From the NCBI RefSeq assembly GCF_022539665.2, contig NC_081332.1, forward strand, positions 372,001-436,000: a DNA stretch of 64,000 nt, in the 5' to 3' direction. The stretch comes from Daphnia carinata (taxonomy: Eukaryota). Each line of letters opens with the position of its first letter. Within the stretch, counting starts at the first letter, position 1. This document shows, piece by piece, positions 55,912-64,000 of the stretch. A program made the translations under genes and the position numbers. The notes below the pieces were generated by a model, which saw only the letters and a program-made list of their open reading frames with translations, searched no databases and was not told the origin of the DNA.

Positions 55912-56309
55912 ACACGTTATGTAGAAGTGCTTGCATTTGATGTGACACCCTTTCCGCTATGTTTTGGAAAAACCATCTCTTTTAATATGCTAATTAACAA
56001 GACATGAACTGCAATCAATAAATTAAACAAACTCTTTACTACCAATAAAAATTCACCCTGTGATTCATTTTTAATGGATACTGGAAGTATCTGGAGGTTT
56101 CGGCTGTAAGTCGGAAGACTTAGAAGCCCAATCATAGATGACCATAGCTGCACTGCAGCTGGCACTATGATTTGCAAACTTCCTATAATTACCTATAATC
56201 AGTTCATGTTGTTGCTGACAAAGCAATGACGATGTACTAATTTCGGTACTACTGCAATCACGAGAAGTAGGTATTTTAAATACTGCGTTGAAAGAGTAAC
56301 ATTCGTTAC

Positions 56310-56383
56310 TGGCCCGTAGGAGGATCGAACTCATGACCTCCGCGTTATTAGCACGGCGCTCTAACCAACTGAGCTAACGGGCC
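56310..56383 (-). tRNA. tRNA-Ile(AAT)
   Basis: GGCCCGTTAGCTCAGTTGG...CTAATAA. Confidence 0.9.
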
Positions 56384-56455
56384 TTGATTGACTTAAAAAA
56401 TTTCTAAAATATGAGTGTGTGTTAATGGGCAAAAAACTACAAAAATACTATAAAA

Positions 56456-56537
56456 TGACAGTGAAGGGATTCGAACCCTTGCCTCCGAAGAGACTGGTGC
56501 CTAAAACCAGCGCCATAGACCACTCGGCCACACTATC
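56456..56537 (-). tRNA. tRNA-Leu(TAG)
   Basis: CTGGT-TTTAGGC-ACCAG, long variable arm. Confidence 0.9.
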
Positions 56538-56699
56538 CAATAGTTATATGGTTCCCGTACATCAATTTATTTGCTGCACCATAGTTATATTGTTCACAAT
56601 AGAAAAACATACCTGGTACTAAACGCTACGAAGATTACATTACCCATCAAGATAATAACTGTACAGCATGTAAATGACTTATCAAATTGTTTGGGAAAT

Positions 56700-56781
56700 C
56701 GCAGACAGCAGGGTTCGAACCTGCGCTCCAAGATGGAAACAGATTTCAAGTCTGTCGCCTTAACCACTCGGCCATGTCTGC
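56700..56781 (-). tRNA. tRNA-Ser(TGA)
   Basis: ACAGA-CTTGAAA-TCTGT, long variable arm. Confidence 0.92.
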
Positions 56782-57169
56782 TTGTATTCGCCCATGCAAT
56801 AACATTGCACGGTAAAACCCAGCTCTATAAAGCCCCATTCAAAAAAGTTTGCATAAACTTTTATTCCCAGTGGGAATTCATTTCTACTGTTCTAATAACA
56901 AATAAAACTAGGTGATGAAGATGTAAGCAGCCGGAAGAGCAATTGTGTGCTGTAGATTACTTATCTGCACGAAAGGGGCACAAATGGAATCTTCTTTGGG
57001 CGATCACCTGCCACTCTGTCGCATGGCTACTTTACTACCTCATAGCTGTCATTGTTTGATTTGGGGCACGTTATTCTAAAGAAATTTGGGCCTCTTCATG
57101 ACTACTAGGGGCGAGGAAGGGCGTTTTACACCAAAATGATTTGTGTAACTGAAATAGGTAAACGTACTA

Positions 57170-57243
57170 TGGCCCGTAAGAGGATCGAACTCATGACCTT
57201 CGCGTTATTAGCACGACGCTCTAACCAGCTGAGCTAACAGGCC
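57170..57243 (-). tRNA. tRNA-Ile(AAT), second type
   Basis: GGCCTGTTAGCTCAGCTGG...CTAATAA. Confidence 0.9.
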
Positions 57244-57481
57244 GTTAAATTTACTCGCACGCACGAAAAATCAGCGAGTGCATTCGCAAGCAGAACATGC
57301 CATAGCCCACGTAAAATGAAAGAAAGCCGTCAAACAACCAGCGAAGGATTAGAAAAGCCCAAGAAAAAGCCCCCTTCAAGAACACTTCCAGCTTGACTGA
57401 AGGAATTGAGGGCCGAATGGTTATCAAACGCGTGCCACGAAAGGAGACTGGATTTTCAGAAAAATAAGTAATAGTCTTACA

Positions 57482-57554
57482 CGCCCAACGTGGGGCTCGA
57501 ACCCACGACCCTGAGATTAAGAGTCTCATGCTCTACCGACTGAGCTAGCCAGGC
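57482..57554 (-). tRNA. tRNA-Lys(CTT)
   Basis: Array B copy. Confidence 0.94.
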
Positions 57555-57952
57555 ACACGTTATGTAGAAGTGCTTGCATTTGATGTGACACCCTTTCCGC
57601 TATGTTTTGGAAAAACCATCTCTTTTAATATGCTAATTAACAAGACATGAACTGCAATCAATAAATTAAACAAACTCTTTACTACCAATAAAAATTCACC
57701 CTGTGATTCATTTTTAATGGATACTGGAAGTATCTGGAGGTTTCGGCTGTAAGTCGGAAGACTTAGAAGCCCAATCATAGATGACCATAGCTGCACTGCA
57801 GCTGGCACTATGATTTGCAAACTTCCTATAATTACCTATAATCAGTTCATGTTGTTGCTGACAAAGCAATGACGATGTACTAATTTCGGTACTACTGCAA
57901 TCACGAGAAGTAGGTAGTTTAAATACTGCGTTGAAAGAGTAACATTCGTTAC

Positions 57953-58026
57953 TGGCCCGTAGGAGGATCGAACTCATGACCTCCGCGTTATTAGCACGGC
58001 GCTCTAACCAACTGAGCTAACGGGCC
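57953..58026 (-). tRNA. tRNA-Ile(AAT)
   Basis: Array B copy. Confidence 0.9.
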
Positions 58027-58098
58027 TTGATTGACTTAAAAAATTTCTAAAATATGAGTGTGTGTTAATGGGCAAAAAACTACAAAAATACTATAAAA

Positions 58099-58180
58099 TG
58101 ACAGTGAAGGGATTCGAACCCTTGCCTCCGAAGAGACTGGTGCCTAAAACCAGCGCCATAGACCACTCGGCCACACTATC
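58099..58180 (-). tRNA. tRNA-Leu(TAG)
   Basis: Array B copy. Confidence 0.9.
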
Positions 58181-58342
58181 CAATAGTTATATGGTTCCCG
58201 TACATCAATTTATTTGCTGCACCATAGTTATATTGTTCACAATAGAAAAACATACCTGGTACTAAACGCTACGAAGATTACATTACCCATCAAGATAATA
58301 ACTGTACAGCATGTAAATGACTTATCAAATTGTTTGGGAAAT

Positions 58343-58424
58343 CGCAGACAGCAGGGTTCGAACCTGCGCTCCAAGATGGAAACAGATTTCAAGTCTGTCG
58401 CCTTAACCACTCGGCCATGTCTGC
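58343..58424 (-). tRNA. tRNA-Ser(TGA)
   Basis: Array B copy. Confidence 0.92.
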
Positions 58425-58813
58425 TTGTATTCGCCCATGCAATAACATTGCACGGTAAAACCCAGCTCTATAAAGCCCCATTCAAAAAAGTTTGCATAAA
58501 CTTTTATTCCCAGTGGGAATTCATTTCTACTGTTCTAATAACAAATAAAACTAGGTGATGAAGATGTAAGCAGCCGGAAGAGCAATTGTGTGCTGTAGAT
58601 TACTTATCTGCACGAAAGGGGCACAAATGGAATCTTCTTTGGGCGATCACCTGCCACTCTGTCGCATGGCTACTTTACTACCTCATAGCTGTCATTGTTT
58701 GATTTGGGGCACGTTATTCTAAAGAAATTTGGGCCTCTTCATGACTACTAGGGGCGAGGAAGGGCGTTTTACACCAAAATGATTTGTGTAACTGAAATAG
58801 GTAAACGCACTAG

Positions 58814-58887
58814 TGGCCCGTAATAGGATCGAACTCATGACCTCCGCGTTATTAGCACGACGCTCTAACCAACTGAGCTAACAGGCC
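58814..58887 (-). tRNA. tRNA-Ile(AAT), mosaic variant
   Basis: Mix of type-1 and type-2 bases plus a T-stem change. Confidence 0.8.
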
Positions 58888-59125
58888 ACGGAATATGCTC
58901 GCACGCACGAAAAATCAGCGAGTGCATTCGCAAGCAGAACATGCCATAGCCCACGTAAAATGAAAGAAAGCCGTCAAACAACCAGCGAAGGATTAGAAAA
59001 GCCCAAGAAAAAGCCCCCTTCAAGAACACTTCCAGCTTGACTGAAGGAATTGAGGGCCGAATGGTTATCAAACGCGTGCCACGAAAGGAGACTGGATTTT
59101 CAGAAAAATAAGTAATAGTCTTACA

Positions 59126-59198
59126 CGCCCAACGTGGGGCTCGAACCCACGACCCTGAGATTAAGAGTCTCATGCTCTACCGACTGAGCTAGCCAGGC
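59126..59198 (-). tRNA. tRNA-Lys(CTT)
   Basis: Array B copy. Confidence 0.94.
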
Positions 59199-59596
59199 AC
59201 ACGTTATGTAGAAGTGCTTGCATTTGATGTGACACCCTTTCCGCTATGTTTTGGAAAAACCATCTCTTTTAATATGCTAATTAACAAGACATGAACTGCA
59301 ATCAATAAATTAAACAAACTCTTTACTACCAATAAAAATTCACCCTGTGATTCATTTTTAATGGATACTGGAAGTATCTGGAGGTTTCGGCTGTAAGTCG
59401 GAAGACTTAGAAGCCCAATCATAGATGACCATAGCTGCACTGCAGCTGGCACTATGATTTGCAAACTTCCTATAATTACATATAATCAGTTGATGTTGTT
59501 GCTGACAAAGCAATGACGATGTACTAATTTCGGTACTACTGCAATCACGAGAAGTAGGTAGTTTAAATACTGCGTTGAAAGAGTAACATTCGTTAC

Positions 59597-59670
59597 TGGC
59601 CCGTAGGAGGATCGAACTCATGACCTCCGCGTTATTAGCACGGCGCTCTAACCAACTGAGCTAACGGGCC
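59597..59670 (-). tRNA. tRNA-Ile(AAT)
   Basis: Array B copy. Confidence 0.9.
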
Positions 59671-59742
59671 TTGATTGACTTAAAAAATTTCTAAAATATG
59701 AGTGTGTGTTAATGGGCAAAAAACTACAAAAATACTATAAAA

Positions 59743-59824
59743 TGACAGTGAAGGGATTCGAACCCTTGCCTCCGAAGAGACTGGTGCCTAAAACCAGCGC
59801 CATAGACCACTCGGCCACACTATC
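59743..59824 (-). tRNA. tRNA-Leu(TAG)
   Basis: Array B copy. Confidence 0.9.
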
Positions 59825-59986
59825 CAATAGTTATATGGTTCCCGTACATCAATTTATTTGCTGCACCATAGTTATATTGTTCACAATAGAAAAACATACC
59901 TGGTACTAAACGCTACGAAGATTACATTACCCATCAAGATAATAACTGTACAGCATGTAAATGACTTATCAAATTGTTTGGGAAAT

Positions 59987-60068
59987 CGCAGACAGCAGGG
60001 TTCGAACCTGCGCTCCAAGATGGAAACAGATTTCAAGTCTGTCGCCTTAACCACTCGGCCATGTCTGC
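59987..60068 (-). tRNA. tRNA-Ser(TGA)
   Basis: Array B copy. Confidence 0.92.
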
Positions 60069-60457
60069 TTGTATTCGCCCATGCAATAACATTGCACGGT
60101 AAAACCCAGCTCTATAAAGCCCCATTCAAAAAAGTTTGCATAAACTTTTATTCCCAGTGGGAATTCATTTCTACTGTTCTAATAACAAATAAAACTAGGT
60201 GATGAAGATGTAAGCAGCCGGAAGAGCAATTGTGTGCTGTAGATTACTTATCTGCACGAAAGGGGCACAAATGGAATCTTCTTTGGGCGATCACCTGCCA
60301 CTCTGTCGCATGGCTACTTTACTACCTCATAGCTGTCATTGTTTGATTTGGGGCACGTTATTCTAAAGAAATTTGGGCCTCTTCATGACTACTAGGGGCG
60401 AGGAAGGGCGTTTTACACCAAAATGATTTGTGTAACTGAAATAGGTAAACGCACTAG

Positions 60458-60531
60458 TGGCCCGTAAGAGGATCGAACTCATGACCTTCGCGTTATTAGC
60501 ACGACGCTCTAACCAGCTGAGCTAACAGGCC
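60458..60531 (-). tRNA. tRNA-Ile(AAT), second type
   Basis: Array B copy. Confidence 0.9.
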
Positions 60532-60769
60532 ACGGAATATGCTCGCACGCACGAAAAATCAGCGAGTGCATTCGCAAGCAGAACATGCCATAGCCCACGT
60601 AAAATGAAAGAAAGCCGTCAAACAACCAGCGAAGGATTAGAAAAGCCCAAGAAAAAGCCCCCTTCAAGAACACTTCCAGCTTGACTGAAGGAATTGAGGG
60701 CCGAATGGTTATCAAACGCGTGCCACGAAAGGAGACTGGATTTTCAGAAAAATAAGTAATAGTCTTCTT

Positions 60770-60842
60770 CGCCCAACGTGGGGCTCGAACCCACGACCCT
60801 GAAATTAAGAGTCTCATGCTCTACCGACTGAGCTAGCCAGGC
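60770..60842 (-). tRNA. tRNA-Lys(CTT), variant
   Basis: Anticodon-stem G-T wobble variant. Confidence 0.9.
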
Positions 60843-61240
60843 ATACGTTATGTAGAAGTGCTTGCATTTGATGTGACACCCTTTCCGCTATGTTTTGGAA
60901 AAACCATCTCTTTTAATATGCTAATTAACAAGACATGAACTGCAATCAATAAATTAAACAAACTCTTTACTACCAATAAAAATTCACCCTGTGATTCATT
61001 TTTAATGGATACTGGAAGTATCTGGAGGTTTCGGCTGTAAGTCGGAAGACTTAGAAGCCCAATCATAGATGACCATAGCTGCACTGCAGCTGGCACTATG
61101 ATTTGCAAACTTCCTATAATTACATATAATCAGTTGATGTTGTTGCTGACAAAGCAATGACGATGTACTAATTTCGGTACTACTGCAATCACGAGAAGTA
61201 GGTAGTTTAAATACTGCGTTGAAAGAGTAACATTCGTTAC

Positions 61241-61314
61241 TGGCCCGTAGGAGGATCGAACTCATGACCTCCGCGTTATTAGCACGGCGCTCTAACCAAC
61301 TGAGCTAACGGGCC
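61241..61314 (-). tRNA. tRNA-Ile(AAT)
   Basis: Array B copy. Confidence 0.9.
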
Positions 61315-61386
61315 TTGATTGACTTAAAAAATTTCTAAAATATGAGTGTGTGTTAATGGGCAAAAAACTACAAAAATACTATAAAA

Positions 61387-61468
61387 TGACAGTGAAGGGA
61401 TTCGAACCCTTGCCTCCGAAGAGACTGGTGCCTAAAACCAGCGCCATAGACCACTCGGCCACACTATC
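61387..61468 (-). tRNA. tRNA-Leu(TAG)
   Basis: Array B copy. Confidence 0.9.
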
Positions 61469-61630
61469 CAATAGTTATATGGTTCCCGTACATCAATTTA
61501 TTTGCTGCACCATAGTTATATTGTTCACAATAGAAAAACATACCTGGTACTAAACGCTACGAAGATTACATTACCCATCAAGATAATAACTGTACAGCAT
61601 GTAAATGACTTATCAAATTGTTTGGGAAAT

Positions 61631-61712
61631 CGCAGACAGCAGGGTTCGAACCTGCGCTCCAAGATGGAAACAGATTTCAAGTCTGTCGCCTTAACCACTC
61701 GGCCATGTCTGC
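61631..61712 (-). tRNA. tRNA-Ser(TGA)
   Basis: Array B copy. Confidence 0.92.
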
Positions 61713-62101
61713 TTGTATTCGCCCATGCAATAACATTGCACGGTAAAACCCAGCTCTATAAAGCCCCATTCAAAAAAGTTTGCATAAACTTTTATTCCCA
61801 GTGGGAATTCATTTCTACTGTTCTAATAACAAATAAAACTAGGTGATGAAGATGTAAGCAGCCGGAAGAGCAATTGTGTGCTGTAGATTACTTATCTGCA
61901 CGAAAGGGGCACAAATGGAATCTTCTTTGGGCGATCACCTGCCACTCTGTCGCATGGCTACTTTACTACCTCATAGCTGTCATTGTTTGATTTGGGGCAC
62001 GTTATTCTAAAGAAATTTGGGCCTCTTCATGACTACTAGGGGCGAGGAAGGGCGTTTTACACCAAAATGATTTGTGTAACTGAAATAGGTAAACGCACTA
62101 G

Positions 62102-62175
62102 TGGCCCGTAAGAGGATCGAACTCATGACCTTCGCGTTATTAGCACGACGCTCTAACCAGCTGAGCTAACAGGCC
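62102..62175 (-). tRNA. tRNA-Ile(AAT), second type
   Basis: Array B copy. Confidence 0.9.
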
Positions 62176-62413
62176 ACGGAATATGCTCGCACGCACGAAA
62201 AATCAGCGAGTGCATTCGCAAGCAGAACATGCCATAGCCCACGTAAAATGAAAGAAAGCCGTCAAACAACCAGCGAAGGATTAGAAAAGCCCAAGAAAAA
62301 GCCCCCTTCAAGAACACTTCCAGCTTGACTGAAGGAATTGAGGGCCGAATGGTTATCAAACGCGTGCCACGAAAGGAGACTGGATTTTCAGAAAAATAAG
62401 TAATAGTCTTACA

Positions 62414-62486
62414 CGCCCAACGTGGGGCTCGAACCCACGACCCTGAGATTAAGAGTCTCATGCTCTACCGACTGAGCTAGCCAGGC
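62414..62486 (-). tRNA. tRNA-Lys(CTT)
   Basis: Array B copy. Confidence 0.94.
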
Positions 62487-62884
62487 ACACGTTATGTAGA
62501 AGTGCTTGCATTTGATGTGACACCCTTTCCGCTATGTTTTGGAAAAACCATCTCTTTTAATATGCTAATTAACAAGACATGAACTGCAATCAATAAATTA
62601 AACAAACTCTTTACTACCAATAAAAATTCACCCTGTGATTCATTTTTAATGGATACTGGAAGTATCTGGAGGTTTCGGCTGTAAGTCGGAAGACTTAGAA
62701 GCCCAATCATAGATGACCATAGCTGCACTGCAGCTGGCACTATGATTTGCAAACTTCCTATAATTACATATAATCAGTTGATGTTGTTGCTGACAAAGCA
62801 ATGACGATGTACTAATTTCGGTACTACTGCAATCACGAGAAGTAGGTAGTTTAAATACTGCGTTGAAAGAGTAACATTCGTTAC

Positions 62885-62958
62885 TGGCCCGTAGGAGGAT
62901 CGAACTCATGACCTCCGCGTTATTAGCACGGCGCTCTAACCAACTGAGCTAACGGGCC
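62885..62958 (-). tRNA. tRNA-Ile(AAT)
   Basis: Array B copy. Confidence 0.9.
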
Positions 62959-63030
62959 TTGATTGACTTAAAAAATTTCTAAAATATGAGTGTGTGTTAA
63001 TGGGCAAAAAACTACAAAAATACTATAAAA

Positions 63031-63112
63031 TGACAGTGAAGGGATTCGAACCCTTGCCTCCGAAGAGACTGGTGCCTAAAACCAGCGCCATAGACCACTC
63101 GGCCACACTATC
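63031..63112 (-). tRNA. tRNA-Leu(TAG)
   Basis: Array B copy. Confidence 0.9.
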
Positions 63113-63274
63113 CAATAGTTATATGGTTCCCGTACATCAATTTATTTGCTGCACCATAGTTATATTGTTCACAATAGAAAAACATACCTGGTACTAAACG
63201 CTACGAAGATTACATTACCCATCAAGATAATAACTGTACAGCATGTAAATGACTTATCAAATTGTTTGGGAAAT

Positions 63275-63356
63275 CGCAGACAGCAGGGTTCGAACCTGCG
63301 CTCCAAGATGGAAACAGATTTCAAGTCTGTCGCCTTAACCACTCGGCCATGTCTGC
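63275..63356 (-). tRNA. tRNA-Ser(TGA)
   Basis: Array B copy. Confidence 0.92.
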
Positions 63357-63745
63357 TTGTATTCGCCCATGCAATAACATTGCACGGTAAAACCCAGCTC
63401 TATAAAGCCCCATTCAAAAAAGTTTGCATAAACTTTTATTCCCAGTGGGAATTCATTTCTACTGTTCTAATAACAAATAAAACTAGGTGATGAAGATGTA
63501 AGCAGCCGGAAGAGCAATTGTGTGCTGTAGATTACTTATCTGCACGAAAGGGGCACAAATGGAATCTTCTTTGGGCGATCACCTGCCACTCTGTCGCATG
63601 GCTACTTTACTACCTCATAGCTGTCATTGTTTGATTTGGGGCACGTTATTCTAAAGAAATTTGGGCCTCTTCATGACTACTAGGGGCGAGGAAGGGCGTT
63701 TTACACCAAAATGATTTGTGTAACTGAAATAGGTAAACGCACTAG

Positions 63746-63819
63746 TGGCCCGTAAGAGGATCGAACTCATGACCTTCGCGTTATTAGCACGACGCTCTAA
63801 CCAGCTGAGCTAACAGGCC
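63746..63819 (-). tRNA. tRNA-Ile(AAT), second type
   Basis: Array B copy. Confidence 0.9.
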
Positions 63820-64000
63820 ACGGAATATGCTCGCACGCACGAAAAATCAGCGAGTGCATTCGCAAGCAGAACATGCCATAGCCCACGTAAAATGAAAGAA
63901 AGCCGTCAAACAACCAGCGAAGGATTAGAAAAGCCCAAGAAAAAGCCCCCTTCAAGAACACTTCCAGCTTGACTGAAGGAATTGAGGGCCGAATGGTTAT

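Larger units (their letters stand above)
55791..64000. repeat. tRNA array B, five 1643-1644-bp units, continuing past the window end
   Basis: Lys-CTT genes at 55839, 57482, 59126, 60770, 62414. Confidence 0.97.

Noticed and set aside
30385..64000. Recurrent 60-114 aa ORFs in the arrays
   Set aside because: They overlap tRNA genes, often start at non-ATG codons, and recur only because the DNA is tandemly repeated.

Overview
Eukaryotic, repeat-dense DNA with no host protein-coding gene; an invertebrate, possibly a Daphnia-like crustacean, but that is inference only. The backbone is two tandem tRNA-gene arrays. Array A has a ~1.14/1.08-kb unit (Gln-TTG/CTG, Ser-GCT, Lys-TTT on -, Met-CAT on +). 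Array B has a 1.644-kb unit (Lys-CTT, Ile-AAT, Leu-TAG, Ser-TGA, Ile-AAT, all on -). A 1.55-kb (TTTTG)n tract joins them. Array A is invaded by LTR retrotransposons. Two complete Ty3/gypsy proviruses sit ~90 bp apart in one spacer (Gy1 5336-16828, TSD AGTT; Gy2 16927-30384, TSD ATAC). There is also a truncated second Gy1-family copy (34938-43925) and BEL/Pao elements (1-~4070, 4073-4889, 44026-50467). Both gypsy families look like complex retrovirus-like elements with a splice-acceptor-preceded env resembling class III viral fusogens (rhabdovirus-G-like fusion loops, herpes-gB-like central helix). In Gy1 the env is expanded with ricin-B-like lectin and mucin-like domains and followed by an ankyrin-repeat accessory gene. 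Gy2 has an overprinted 303-aa ORF inside a 480-codon AUG-free gag extension, a GGGAAAC -1 frameshift site with a predicted pseudoknot, two paralogous small accessory ORFs, and four antisense tRNA-like cassettes between pol and env. A 100-N gap lies at 43926-44025.
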